From Lama glama (Eukaryota), in assembly GCA_028534125.1 (NCBI GenBank), contig CM052817.1:47618001-47682000 (forward strand): DNA of 64,000 bases, read 5' to 3'. Positions 36,270 through 50,370 of this stretch are shown here, in pieces (position 1 is the stretch's first letter; every line of letters begins with the position of its first letter). Position numbers and translations under genes: made by a program. The notes below the pieces were generated by a model. That model had not been told where the DNA came from and ran no database searches. It saw nothing but the letters and a program-made list of their open reading frames with translations.

Positions 36270-37990
36270 TCTTTCTTTTCACTCTTTTCATTCTTTCTCT
36301 TTGTTCTCTCCTGATTGGACACTTTCATAGGTCCTGTCCTCCACTTCACAGTTTTTCTCTTCTGCTGGATCAGTTCTGTTATTGCAGCCCTCTATTGCAT
36401 TTTTCATTTCATGTGTTCTTCAGCTACAGAATTTGTTTGGTTCTTTTTTTATGATTTCTGTCTCTTGGTTAAGCTTCTCACTGTATACATGTGTCGTTTC
36501 CATGATTTCACTGAATTATCTTTCTGTGTTTTCTTATAGCTCATTGAATTCCTTTAAAACAGCTATTTTGAATTCTTTATTGGGTAAATCACAAATATCC
36601 GTGTCTTTCAGGTCAGTTACTGAAAAATTATTGTCTTCCTTTGGTGGTGCCATGTACCCTTAATTTTTCATGTTCCTTGAAGTCTCGTGCTGATATCTTC
36701 ACATCTGCAGTAGCAGTCCTCTCCTCCAGTGTTTGCTGACTCACTTCAGGATGAAACCTTCCAGCAGCCCTGCTCAGGTTTGAGGCTTTTGCATACCTTC
36801 TGTAGATATATCTGCTTCACACTTCTTGCTCCCTTTTGTGGCATAATCCTTAAGCTTAGATACATTCTTTTGATCCTGCCAAGCCAGGCCAAGTGGTGAC
36901 AGTCTGCCTTTTGTTTTCCCAAGGACAGCGCTAAATGCTCAAGTTTATGGTCTCTCCCAGGTCTACATATTTGGGTCAGCTTATTGTACGTGCCCATTAA
37001 TCTGCAGATCTCTCTCTCTCCAGTCCCTGTAACTCACTGGGAGCTGGCCACAGGACGGGTAGGGTGTGTGTGGGTGAGGCATGTGGAGTCCTGGGGGTGC
37101 CAGTGGGCCAGTTGGGGAAACCCGCAGGTGAAGCTTCCCTGGTGGCTAATAGGCAGGCCTCCCAGTGGAATCTGTGATGCAGTAAGTAGGATCCCCATCT
37201 CTTCTGAGCCCTGGCTGCTGTTCTCCCAGCTGCTCATTGCCCCTGAGTCATGCAGCTCATGACTCAGTACTCCAAACCGGGCAAGAGATGCACGGGCCTT
37301 TTTGGCAGCAGCCAGGGAAGCCAGGCACTCACTCCCAGGCTCTCGTTTTTCCCCACAGCAGAAAACACAGGCCACGAAGGGCTCGCTGTGGGACTGAGCT
37401 GTGCCTCCTGGCGGAAGCGTGGCATGGGTAAAGTCAACCTGTTCCTCTTACTGTCTTCAGTGCGTCTCATCCCTGATGTCTTCCCAGTGGTGTGCTGGAA
37501 CTTCCCGCTCGACTCCTGGAGCTCCACTCAGGCTGTCTCACATGTGGGTGGGTGACTGAGTCACTGTTCTTCAGGGCCTCCCGGTCCAGGGCCCAGAGGG
37601 GCTGGAGCCAATTCACAGGCCTCTTCAGCGTCCAGAAATGGGACTGAAGTCTGCATGCCTATAACTTGATGCACAAGAGGGTGAGACTCCTCCCAGGCTC
37701 CTTGGTATACCGTGTTGTTGATGGAAACAAAGCCAAACAGGGCTGTAGCTGAACAGTCAGGGGTATGAAGTTGCTTCTGGGTTTACAGCCAGAACCGGGG
37801 TTGACGAGGCAGCTGCCTGGGTGCAGGCCTGTCCCTGACTTCTCAGAACAGCTCTCTCCCTTCCTAGACTGCACTCGGGTTTCACAGTCTCTTAGCTGGA
37901 TCCCACACTTAGCACAAAGGCACTTCTGTGCATGGGAGGAGGACAAATTGTTGTTGTTGAGGGGAGCATACATGCAAAGGAGGCCTTGTC
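36270..37990 (-). mobile_element. L1M ORF1 start and GC-rich 5' region
   Basis: ORF1-antisense T-rich segment followed by L1M 5'-end motifs (ggcacagctcagt..., gtgagtgcctggcttccc on minus). Confidence 0.75.
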
Positions 37991-38199
37991 CATCCATTCT
38001 TGCTAATGCCACTCTATCTTGTTTTAATCTGAATGTTCTGATTACTAGGGAGTTTGAGCATCTCTTTTTTACGTGCTTACATATCATTCACTTTTTCATT
38101 TTCCTTGTTTGTTTTTTATTGGGTTGTAGTCTCTGCACTGATTTTCAGAGTTATCTATGTATACTTGCATATTCTTTGGCTATAATAAAATTAGATACA

Positions 38200-41100
38200 A
38201 ATAATTAAAAGCTGAATAACATATCCTAACCATTTGGAAAATAACAAAAATAATTCTAGATAAATCTTGTCAGATGAGACATAAAAAAGAACAAAAAAAA
38301 CTCTAGAAACAATGAAAAATAGTTTTTAAAACAATATGTAGCCTTAACTTTATTAGTAGAAATTACAAAAATAAAAGAACAGTACTTATCTAAAGAAATT
38401 AGAAAAATTATCAATAATATCAATCAAAATAATAATCGTGAAAGCAATTAGGAAGATGGGATGAATAAAAAGTCTGTCAAACAGAAAAAACAATACATTT
38501 TAAAAAGCTAGATCTTTGAAAACATCAGTAAAATTATATAAACTTCTCTTGAGCTTTATTAAAGACAAAGGCAAAATAACAAAATAATAAGAAAAATGTT
38601 GTGTAATAAAATATTACACTGCATTAAAATAATTTATAGAACAATATTATTTGTACCTATGGCAACAGTGGCAAATGTCTAGATGGATGATTTCTTAACA
38701 CTTTAATTTAACCAAACTTTTCCCAAAAGGAAATAATAAACTCGAGTAGACTTGCAGAAGTAAACATAAAAATAATTCAATGATAACAAAACAAGATGGT
38801 TCAGAGAAGAACTCTTCTGTAACCTTTAAAGAGTAGACAATTCCAAAATTATTTAAAATAATCTAGGCAATAGAAAAATTCAGAAAATTCATCAGATTAC
38901 TTTTAAAGTAAACATTAATACAATGCTGAAAGCTGCTAATAGAAATAGTAATATAAATATATAATCAATCTCATTTATACGGATTCAGAGAATATAGAAG
39001 CAGGTTTTTAAAAATTATCAAATAGAATATAGTAATGTACTAAAAGACTCCTAGACACTTCTAACAAAGCACACTTCTAGATAAACCTCAGATTCAATAA
39101 GATATAAAAAGACAAATCAACAAGGACTTGTTCTAGGAATACCAGAGTGATTAAACGTCAGGAAATCTATCAACAGTCTATTACATCAATAAATTAAGAA
39201 ATATAAATTACGTGATTATATACTAATAGATCATTTTAAAAAACACTTAGTATTATTAATAAAAAATACATACACAAGAAACAGAAGTAAAATAAGTACT
39301 AAAAAGGACTTTACACCCCAAACCAAGCAGACTATTCTAACTACAATGTTGTAAAGACTCTTTCATTTTAACCAGAAATTTGATAACCATGCCTGATAGC
39401 ATTGTTATGTTTGATCATTGTTCAGCTTTGTCTCAGTGGATTGTAGTAAGTATAGAATGGCAAAGATATTGTATATTTGGTAGAAACATTGAAAAGAGCC
39501 AAAACCATCTTATTCCAAAAAAAATCAATATGCTCTAGTAAATAGCTACTATAATTAATTGAACAAATTAGTTAACTGGTTGTTCAAAACATATTACCTT
39601 AAAAAAAGTAGCCTTTCTTAATATGACAATAAACACCTCGAAATTAAAATGAAAAAAAAAATTCATTTTACAGCAGGAAGCAAAATATAGTGTATGTAGA
39701 AATACATTTAACACAAAAGATAGAATATAAAACATAAATTACATAAAAAATAAAATCCTAAGATTTTTTTAATCTGACAAATTGAATAACATACCATATT
39801 TATAGAAGGAAAATTTTAATTATTTAAATGTCATCTCCCCAGATTAGTATATAAACTTAATATAATTGCATTTAAAATATGGATAGACAAAAGTTCATTT
39901 GTAGAAAATGTTTCCAAAGCAGGAAATAGAATTTGTTTCAGAATACAGTAAAAAGTTCAGAGGAAGGACTAAATGCCCAAGAAGAGCCAGGAAAATTAAG
40001 AGAAAGGATAGTGAAAAGATATGCTTTTTAAAATATCAGAAAAATACTGTATGGTAAACATAAAGCAATTTGGAGTTGCCATAGACATGGATAAACAGAG
40101 CAGAGAAACAAAATCAGGAATATGGAAATATATGAAATTTTAATACATGACAAAAATGATACTTCAGTTTGGTGAGGAAGAATGAAGTATTTAAGAATCC
40201 ATTAGGAAGAAGTTAAAGTTGGCTTACTATCTTATAATATATTGAGATTTTAAGTAAGTTTTAAAAAATTCACTTGAATTAAGTACAAACATTAAAAATT
40301 TTTAAAATGAGAAAATTCCAATAAAATCTAGATGGCTACCAGCCCAATCTAGGGAAACGGAAAATCATATTAATCAATACCAAACTCTTAAAATTCACAT
40401 AATAAAAATTAAATATTCTAACTATAAAAAAATTGAATATATATAGTAAAAGTTATGAATTAAGGCAGTAAAAATGTGGAAAATATTTGTTATATGAGTT
40501 AATATCAATAATTTTCAAAGAACACTTACAAATTCTTTAGAAAGACAAATAACCCACCAGAAAAATGATCATAGGTATTGATTAAACAATTTATATAAGA
40601 GAAAATCCAAATATGTGAAGAATATAAAAAAGATACCCAATTTCACAAGTTGTTAAGAGATTCAAATTAATGTAATAATTAAAAATTAAAGAGTTACAGC
40701 GTCTGTGGCTGTGAGGACATGCATAAAGAGTAGTTTCATAATTTTCTGGTGAAAATGTGATTATTTGTAATACTTTAGAAGCAATATGGCAAGTACATAA
40801 TTTGAAAGTATACCTCTTGAACTTAGAAACACAAACATTTATAAACTATTATAGCTTTGTTTTGTGATAAAACCAAATAAATAAAACCCCCTGGAAACAA
40901 AGTAAATGTTTATAAAAGGAGGATAGGTTGAATTTATTGTTTTTTATTTATCCGTATCATATTGTACAGACATTTAAAGTTTTATTTTCATCTATTATAG
41001 TTGCAGTGGAGGATTTTTCACCAGGTAGTAGTGCATAAGCAAAAGAAGATATGCATTTTTGGAAAATGGTGACAGAAAGATTGATGTGCACGTGTGTATA

Positions 41101-41200
41101 CAGAAGCATGTTTGTGTATGCATATATGTGAATGGTTATGAAACCACAGGAAACTCCAGAATAATAGAATGCAGTTGCTAACATTGGATCACCTGTGATT
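38200..41200 (+). mobile_element. Very old L1 (L1ME/HAL1-like) ORF2 and 3' region
   Basis: A-rich ~3 kb with degenerate ORF2 motifs (agctagatctttgaaaacatcagtaaaatt; aaagacaaataacccaccagaaaaatg; ctggaaacaaagtaaatgt). Confidence 0.75.
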
Positions 41201-41714
41201 TGGAAGCAGAGGAGTGGGCACAGTAAATTAAGAAAGGAAATTGAGGAATTAAGAATTTAATAGCAACAGAATATAATTTGGGCATTTATATCAAATTACA
41301 TTCATTTATATTTTTAAAATAAAATATTTTTACAGATAAAAAATTATGCTAATGAAAAGTTAAAAAGGGTGTATTTAACTTTATCAAAAAAGTAAACGTA
41401 CCATTTTATACCATATTTTAGTCTTTCTTATTGCTCAGACCCAGATTATTCTTAAAAATCAACATACACAGATACCATGCATGTGTATTAAAATAGTGAA
41501 GACAATGGTAAATAAAGGGCTTTTTCAAAATCTTTTCTCCCACATGAAATGAAAAACTATGTACAGATGGTTCTTTTAGTTAAATTAGAATCAGGGGAAA
41601 GGAGAAAAAGAAAACCACAAAGGAAGAATGGTACCTAAGGCTGAAGTTTCAGCAACTTGGCTGAGCTTTCAAAAAGATGCAGGAGAATCTGATAGGGTCA
41701 TGGAAATGACATTT

Positions 41715-42110
41715 TCACCAAACAAGTATTTGCTGAATTTCTACTATGTGCCAGATCGTTCTAGGCACTGAGGCCAGGAGTGAATATAAAGGTAGAAAGT
41801 TCATCTCTCATGGAGCTTAGATTCTCCTACTGGAGAATAAGATCATAAGTTAGTAATCACAGAAATGGAGGTGGTGTCAGGTACCAGGTGGGTCCAGTTA
41901 CAGATCAGACAATGCTGTGATGACAAGTGGTGCTGGGAAGCACACCAGACCTGCAGCTGAAAGGGTAAAGAGTCCCTGCTTGTGCAGCTCTGGCGGGCTA
42001 GATTCGCAGGCAGGCAGGACAGCAAGTGCAAAAGCTGAGCCTGGAATATTCAAGGCTGGAGGGACCATGTGAGGACAAGAGGCATGAGAGTGAAGCATGA
42101 AGTCAGAGAA
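41715..42110 (-). mobile_element. L2 3' end
   Basis: caaacaagtatttgctgaatttctactatgtgccag..ttctaggcactgagg...ctctcatggagcttagattct. Confidence 0.85.
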
Positions 42111-43394
42111 AATTTGTCAGGCTTACAGACTGTAGAACCTCCAAGGCCCTCCTTCTGTAGGAAAACTTGAATTAAAAGGTTACTAAAACCTGGATAATTC
42201 AAATATCAAGAAAAGCAAGCTCAGGACAGGGGATGTGGGCAAGTTCCAGTCTGTCTTCAGCAAGCCCCTCAGGGCTGCTCGTTTTGGAAGAAGCATAAAT
42301 CGCATTATGGGTCAGAAATCGTTTGAGGCGGCTTCCAGCTGAAAGTACAGACAAAAGGAATCCCCTCAGAGAGGCAGGATTCCAGCCACAGACTTCCAAG
42401 CCTGAAGGAACACTGTGATATAAATGCCCCCCGCCAACCCCCAAGGACAAAAAATCCTTGCAAACCTGTTGAGGATGGGGAATTGCAGGAGATTCTGAGT
42501 AAGGAGCCAAAGGAGGTATAAGGCTGCAAACTCTGCTATACACTCTGCGTGTAAGGATGGGAAGCTGTATTCTTAGAGAGCCCACTGTCACTTCAGTAGC
42601 AGTGTGCCAAGATGGCAGGGACAGGGAGTGAAAGGGAAAAGGAAAATTCAGCAACTTTAAATAGGTACTTTAAATTCTATTCAGTTAATTAAAGTCTTTA
42701 AGTAAAGCCACTGATTGAGGTCTCCTACTTTGAAGGAAAGAAGGCAAGTTCAGAGAAACCCTGGGTACTGCAGGTGTCTAAATTTTGCAAGGAGACAGGA
42801 CGTTTGAGATGACCTCTGAAGAAGGAAACAGTCTGCAAAACTGACAGATCCCTGCCGTCCTCCCGCAGGTCATATGAGAATCATCAGGTCATGGGCAACC
42901 TCTTGATCTGAAATTTTCCCTTATTGAGTTTAATGTTAGCGCGCAATAAGCTCTAGTATAGACAACTATTTAACTGGAGTTCTGGTGCGACTGAATTCAC
43001 AGAATGTTTATCCTCTTGTTACATTTTCTCTAAATATTCCTTTTTTTCAGACAATACTTAAGTTTCTTCTGTCTGTGGCTGCAAATAGCAATGTGGTTGG
43101 GACCAATTTTTTTTTCCAAGAGAGATCATGTGGATTATTTTCACTCAGAGTCATAAAAATACATATACCCAGACCCAACCTCAGACCCACTGGTGTCCAG
43201 TGGTGGGACTCAGAGACAGGCATTCAAAAAAGCTTCGCAAGTAACTGATGTTTCCTGCTTCTGCTTGTAAGAAGCTTCATCAAGACTGTAATATTTATTT
43301 CTTCCTAAGAATGCAGCTTTTGCTTAGGGAAATGTGGCATATGCAGAAATCACTACTTTGATTGTAAGTTGCCATCACCATGAACGTGGGGGCC

Positions 43395-43610
43395 TTGCAG
43401 TATAGAATTTAAGCATGTGGACTTAAGGGCTATGTGACTTCATTATTCTGATTCTTTGGTTTAGCACGTGTATTTACTTTGGGGCAATTCTGTCCAAACC
43501 TCTGTTTCCTTATCAACAAAACAGAGACTGTGATGTACCCAGTTTCTAAAACCATGAGGATTACATGAGCTACCGCTCACGAAGTTACAGCCCGCAGCAG
43601 GTTGGCCATC
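43395..43610 (+). mobile_element. MIR SINE
   Basis: ctctgtttccttatcaacaaaacagaga...tgaggattacatgag. Confidence 0.6.
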
Positions 43611-44702
43611 ACTGTTTCGTCTGGCTTTGGGAAGTTGTTTCCCAAAGCAACCAGAACTGTGCGAGTCTGGTATGCTTCGTAGATCCTCTAGGAGTTTTGA
43701 AAACAGAAGTCAACTGAGATTTCTGTTTTCTAGTAGAAGATGCCTTAGTCTGCAGTTGCCGCAATGGAACCCAGATTTTTTGCAGGCATGTAAATAAGAA
43801 CTTTCAACAGCCCAAGAGGAAAATAAAGCAAGGAACCTACTCTGGAAATATTTGTAAATGTTAAATTTTCAGTGGCAATAAAGAGAGATCCAATTTCTTG
43901 GCATTTCGGGTGTTACTTTGTAGTTTTTTTCTTTCTTTCTTTAAGTTGCTGCTGTGGTGTGATTTGGGTTGTGCTGCTATTTGGACGCCCCTAGTGTACA
44001 GTGTTTGCCTGGTGTGCTTTGCTGTCATGGAGAGTTGCATCTGCTTTGACAGGGAACTGAACAGGGCTTGTCTTCTCAGTCTTGTGTGACATGGAGAGAC
44101 ATGCAGGTTTTGCGCTGCCCTGACAAACTCTGACCTTTTTTGTGTGTGACAGCAGGGTTGGGGAGGCATCAAAGAGGCATTCATCACATGCTTGAGGCTC
44201 TGACCCTCCCTGGTCCCTGTCGCACACTGTAGGAGCTAGCCTGGTAATGGCCACCTGCACATGTAGAAGGAACTTCTCTGCACTTCGCTCATCTCCTCCC
44301 CTGCTGGAGACAGAGAAAAACCTAAGATTTGTCAGAGATGGGTGCCTTAAAGAACGTCACTGTGCACCTGCTATGTGCCAGATGCTGCAGCCAGCACAGC
44401 CGTCCACAGCATCCCGTTCATCCCCTGTAATAGCCCATTGGACACACAAGATACTGATTTCGTAGAATTTTCAGGGCCTTGCCCAAGGCAAAACAAGGAT
44501 ATCTGAGCCTTCTCACTCTGGCTCATCTGCCCTCTTACCATAGACAGGGAAACCTAGAGGGGTGAAAAGATTTTAAAAAGCATATTCTAACTCATCCTTT
44601 TATATTTGAGAAATCCTAGACTTACAGAAGTTAAATGATTTGCCTCAGGCACAGAGTCAGTCAGAAGCCTGGCTGGGAAGAAAACCTGATCACTTTATTT
44701 TT

Positions 44703-45056
44703 TTAAATTGAAGGACAGTCAGTTACAGTGTGTCAATTTCTGGTCCCAGTCATGCACATACATACATATATTTGTTTTCGTTAAAGATTATCACAAGATA
44801 TTGAATAGAGTTCCCTGTGCTATACAGAAGAAAATTTTTAAATCTATTTTTGTATATGGTGGCTAACATTTGCAAATCTCAAACTCCCAAATTTATCCCT
44901 TCCCATCCCCTTTCCCCTGGTAACCATAAAATTGTTTACTACGTCTGCGAGTCTGTAAGCCAGAAAGAAAAAGAAAAATACCGTATAATACCACTTATGT
45001 GGAATCTAAAAAGAAAAAGAGGACATTAATGAACTCAACTACAAAACAGAAACAGA
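44703..45056. mobile_element. Short L1 with 5' inversion (twin priming)
   Basis: Minus-strand 3' end 44703-44955 joined to plus-strand upstream L1 segment 44955-45056; TSD ctgatcactttattttt (44686-44702) / ctgatctcttcattttt (45057-45073). Confidence 0.8.
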
Positions 45057-46739
45057 CTGATCTCTTCATTTTTATAAATCTTGTGTCTCAGAATTCTACA
45101 GGGTCCATGAAGGACATGAGACACATTCAAAACAGCTACCTGTTGTGACCACTGTAACTCGTTGCTGGGGCAATATAGTTCCTTCTGCCTTTGGTTTGAT
45201 AGTGAACTCTTAATGTTCTGCTTCAAGGTAATTGGAAAATTCATTTGAGCCAGTTTATCCCACTGAGCTAGGACTTTAAAACTAAAGTTAATTAGGAAGG
45301 AAAGAAAAATCAGTGGCCAACATCGAGCTAATTGCAAGCATAAACTTCATGTGTTTAAGAGAATAATTTCATATGATTATTAAAGTCTTATAATATAGAT
45401 ATATTTTAGGAAAGTGAAGTAATACTTATCTCTCTTTGAAAAATATGTATGACAGTTTTAAAATGTTCACCTAAAATCAATTCCCCCTCTCCACAATAAG
45501 GAGGGTAGTATTTTATAAGATGATTATTTTTAAATATATGAAGTTTTGAGGAACAAAGGTATTCTTTTTCTGTCATGATTAGAGTGGAAATCCATTTACT
45601 GCAACATAGTGAAAAAGTTTATGAATATGTATTAGAGAGACATTTGCATGGAATTTTTCATCAAAAATCACAAACACATCAGCGAGGAACAACAAGTGAA
45701 CTAATTTGCAGGAGCAAATCATTCACTGGTTACTAGTAATTTCTATCTACACATTCTACACTTTGACAGCTGTGAAAGAGAATACTAACCACAGTGTGAT
45801 TAACAGGAGCTGTGAGGGAAAAGAATCCTAAAAATCAACAAATTTCTAATACATGCTTTTAATACTTTGTAATGTATTCACAAAGTCCTCAAGAATAAAA
45901 ATGTCAGATGAAATAAATAGATAATAGATGAAGACAAAAAATAAGTCTGAGATTCAAACTCTCCTAAAGGTATCTGTAGACATCAAGAAAATATGGCTGG
46001 TAGGAAGATCTTTTTGGATGATGTGGTTTGTAGAAAAATTTTTATGTTGATTAAAAAAAAAAGAAGATAGTAACACGAGTAACGCATTATCAAACAAAAA
46101 TGAAAGCACATTTTATTATTACAATACCTACTTTTTAATAGTATTAATGTATACCTTTAACGACAATGCAAGAACTCTTAAATGATTGATAGAAGCTTTT
46201 AACAGATAAAAGGCTCTAACAGAACTCTGCACACAATTGCCATTCAACTTTCTGTTCATGATAATGGTTCTATCTTCGAGCATTTCATAGCACTTTTGTA
46301 AATTCAAATTTTACGAAATTATTAAGATAATTTTACACAAGCTATTTTGGTTTATGTAATTAGGGTTGAAGCTGGAAAGAGAACTATGTCCACATTTTCC
46401 AAACCACAATTTGCCCATCTTCCCCCTCATTTGTTGTTATCAACTGAAAACGATTTGGATGAACAATGGGAAGAGAAATTTAGACACCCGGTTAAAATAA
46501 CTTTGACTACTTTGATCAGAAAAAAAAAAATCAAGCATATTCTTTTAGCTTATGTCATCTTAGATTTAAGACTCTTTAAAATAAATAAATTGAAATATCT
46601 AGTCTTGCTGAGGAGAAAAAAAAGGGATAAACAAATGTATCTTTTTTTCTTATAGTTCTGCCTTTAATAAAAATTACAGTGCACAGCAGAGAATTTTCCT
46701 GTTTTCTGACACCAGACCCTATCTTTGGCCAAGGGCTGA

Positions 46740-47570
46740 ACCACTGGAAAATGCCTGGAGGTTCGGCAGAAGAGAGGCTAAACTGGAAACCCTATCTCAC
46801 CGCGAGGAATCGCTAAAAATCTCTCTAGCTGTCTTCACTGAGGGCTCTGTGCTGTCCTGGACCGGAGTGAGAAACCTCATTTTAGCCTTTCTGGCAGATA
46901 ATCATCACAGATGATGAGAGTAGTTTAGAAAACTCAAGCATGCTCTTCAAGGAGATTTCAACACAGAAGTTATACCAGTACAGCTCTGGAGAGGTTTTCT
47001 GGAGAACTTTAAGCACCACTGGTCCCTCGCCCCATCCCAGCTCTGCGACCCTGGGAACAGACTTCCATGATCCAGAGCTTGGGCAGAGAAGCCCCCAAAA
47101 GTCAGGCTGGTGACCAAAGCGACGCCCTCCTGGACTGTGACTCCAGAGGGTGCTCGTGTTACTAGCAAGGGGCTGGGAAAGGTCGAAAGAGTAAAGTCGC
47201 AAAACCCAAGGTAACACTCCGGTCGCTAACACAGATCATCCAAGCCAGCGGCGGGGGCTGCGGACTGCCGCGCAGCCGGACGCGCGCCCTTACCTGCACA
47301 CCACGCTAGGGCAGAGCCGCGGCGGCGCTGGGAGCCAGAAGCGTCCCCGCTGAGATTCAGCAACAGGTTCCAACGATCCTGCCCCGGGTCTGCCACCTGC
47401 CAGCCGCCTGCCACCTCCTGGAGGCTGCGCTGCCCTAGGGCTGGGCGCTAGGGGCTCTGCGCTTGCTCACCGCCTCCCTTTCCCTCTCTGAAGTAACGTC
47501 ACCCTCCAGGGGGCAGCAGCCAGCAGTTGGGATTCCAAAGAGGCTATTCACGTCCTGCTCAGGGACATCC
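46740..47570. promoter_or_regulatory. CpG-rich promoter-like region with minus-strand first-exon donor
   Basis: The only CpG-dense non-repeat stretch in the window. Consensus donor CAG|GTAAGG on minus (exon ends 47294); second donor-like GCG|GTGAGC at ~47471. Confidence 0.7.
47502..47518 (+). promoter_or_regulatory. CTCF core motif
   Basis: CCCTCCAGGGGGCAGCA closely matches the CTCF consensus CC(A/T)(C/G)(C/T)AG(A/G)(G/T)GGC(A/G). Confidence 0.65.
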
Positions 47571-47639
47571 GAATACTTTCTTGTGAAATTCATAATCCGC
47601 ATACAGCAAAGGAAAGTAAGCATCAGTATGACTATGATT

Positions 47640-47790
47640 TAGCCTCACTATGCCTCTGGTTTCCTTGTTTGTGAACTAACGGGTGATGTTGATTGTAGGC
47701 ACTGGGTAATCTGAGAATTAAATGAGTGTGTATGTGCAAAATGCCTGGAATGGTTCCTGGCACATGTTAAGTATTCAATAAACGTTATCG
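47640..47790 (+). mobile_element. MIR SINE
   Basis: tgcctctggtttccttgtttgtgaa...tgagaattaaatgag...cctggcacatgttaagtattcaataaacgtta. Confidence 0.75.
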
Positions 47791-48989
47791 CTTTAACGTT
47801 CTCTTAGGATCGAGGAGTTCAGTGCAGGCTGCAGGCTGTGACAACAACCAACCTTCCCCTTCTCTGAAGTGGACGGTGATCTGTTAGCTCTAGTAACGGA
47901 CTTTTAGCTTGCAAGAAAGTCTCTCTGGAATTCTGGAAGTGTGAATTCATATCATAATTAGAAGGGGAAAGGAGGCAGCTACAGTGATTCTAACAAGAAA
48001 ATGTGCTTTGTTGGACGTTGCTAAAATGTAATGTATTAATTTCGAGGTTTATACAATTATGAGAAAGAGATAAAGATACTTTAAGAGAGTAACAGGGATG
48101 AGGTTAGGTATGGGGAGAGCCTGTGAAGGGTCTTTGCATAAGTTATCAGGTCTGACCCTCACAGCAGGGAGAACTATGGTAACTAGGGTAGATTTGCTAA
48201 GCTGTAGTGTGTAATCATTTCCAGTCCACACCAAGGCACTAAGTGGCTTGCTCATTACACAGAGGTAGTTCTTAAATGACAAAGAGAGCTGCAGTAGCCC
48301 AATTCAGTTCTCTCACTTGCACATACTTCTGACTAAATCACTGCAACTTGTTGGATACAGGAAACAGCGGCCTGGAGAAACCTTATTAAAATAGGATTCC
48401 TTGGTCTTGGATTAAGGTTCTAGATTCACATGTGTATGTGTTTAAACCTGAAATATGGCTCTGTTGAGGATCCAGAAAGGGCTATCTATTCCAACCCTTT
48501 ACCAAGTTCAAGGTGGATATATTGGTCACACTTCTGTGACTTTTATCAGGATACCTCAAGGCATAGAAAGTCTCGGGGGGCGGGGGGAAAGGCATTAAGT
48601 AAAGAGGTACTAGTAAGAGTCAAGGCTTAGCTTTATTTCCCTGAACTACTTCTAAGACGAGAAAGGCATTCTATATCTAATCTGAAATTCTCAAATCAAA
48701 ATGCAAAAAAAAAAAAAATTGTGAGCCCTCACCCCATATAATCCCACTCACACTCACCCCAGGGAAAAATAGTTCATCAAGATGAATTAGGAATCCTAGC
48801 AATGCTTTTGATCAGACAGTGAGGTAATGTCTAGCTTGCAAGAATTCTATTACAAATTAGAAGACACACAAAACTCGCCATGTAATAATCCCTAAATTAT
48901 GAGTCACCTGCTGTATCTTACAAAACTTCACACTGTGAGAACTATTGTCCTGGTTCTTCTCCCCACCCCCACACCATTGGTAGTTTTAA

Positions 48990-49123
48990 TGGAGGATGTT
49001 TTAAGTGGAGATTCCGACTCAGTAGCGTTGAGGTGGAGCCGAGAGTCTGCAGTTTTTAAAAAGCTTCCAGGTGATGCAGATGCTGCTGGGCCACAGACCA
49101 CACTTCTGGTAGCAAAGTCTTAG
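48990..49123. mobile_element. MER5-family hAT MITE
   Basis: gattccgactcagtagcgttgaggtggagccgagagtctgcagtttttaaaaagcttccaggtgatgcagatgctgctgg. Confidence 0.8.
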
Positions 49124-50239
49124 ATAAATGAGTAATTAACCAAAGTCACACATCTAGTAAGTGATAGAAACAGTGCTGGACCCCAAATCTGAGCCCCAAG
49201 CTTTTGTGATTATCCGTTATGCTGTGCTGCAAGGAAAACTGAAATCCACTCGCATAGTTCAAACACAGAGGGGGAGGCTTTGATTAATAGCATGGTCACG
49301 ACTGCCTGGGTGTGCTTAGAGTTGGAGCGTGTCAAAGCAACGTGGAGGTTAAGCATCTGGCGTAAACTGGTGCTTAAAGACTCGAAAGTTTCCTATCAAG
49401 GAGACGGTAGTCAAAGTCAATCAAGGCACTTTCTAAACAAAATATATTTGACCTTTTTGTTGTGTTACTACAATGTGATAAGTACTTTGCTGAATACTAT
49501 GAAATAATGTTAATAAATCAAGGAATGATATCTTTAGACTTCCTCCCTGCTTATTATCTCTTTTGTGTTGGGCTGAATCTTAGAAAAGAATTGCAAGTAA
49601 GCAGTTAGAAATTATTCTGTGTCGGCAGCTTATTACATTTAAGCTACTGCCTCTAAAAGAAAAAAACCATAGTTTACCAAAACTCTAGTAACAGTTATGT
49701 GGCAGGTAAAATTTAATCCATTGCTTCTGGAAAAATATATTATTGTGTTATGGTGAATGCTTAGGAAATCAAAACCTTAGAGTTCTTGGATGATACTCAG
49801 AACTACAGAAAAAAAGCATTAGAGTGAAGTTTTTTTTCATTCAATACATTTTGTTACCTCTAAAAAATCTATGTTTCTGGGTTTTCTGAAGTACCCATAA
49901 CTTTTGAGAATTTAGCTTAATCCATTGCATGTAAGAGTGAATTTATGTTGTCAATTTAGACTATAAAATGCTATAATCATCTAAAATGACTAAATCCATT
50001 TATCAGCCTTCTGCCTAAAGGCAAGGTTTCCACTAGGGTAAAAGCCAGAACTTGTCATTCTCAAAAGTTTTTCAGTTTTAACTCAGGATGACTACTTACA
50101 TAAAGTCCAGAACTAAAAGCAGTCCAAAGGCAATCTAAGCGCTATTAAACTCAGAAACGATGATGACCAATGACCTAGAAAGGCAAGTGTTAGATTCTAA
50201 TAGTGTTACAATGATAACTCTCACTTTAACAATTTGCAC

Positions 50240-50370
50240 AATATGGGTTCCAAATAGCAGATCACCTGGAGGGCTTTTTAAAAATGAGATTTTGAGGGTC
50301 AGGCCCTTCGAAGTTTTCCCAGATGATTTGAATGAGTAGCCGAACTCTCAGAGGTTTGGGAACCTCTGAA
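50240..50370. mobile_element. MER5A fragment
   Basis: atcacctggagggcttttaaaaa...ttcccagatgatt...gtttgggaacctctg. Confidence 0.6.

Noticed and set aside
45140..45337. Minus-strand 100-aa ORF as exon 2 downstream of the CpG island
   Set aside because: Weak donor (gtagct), unclear acceptor and no recognisable protein.
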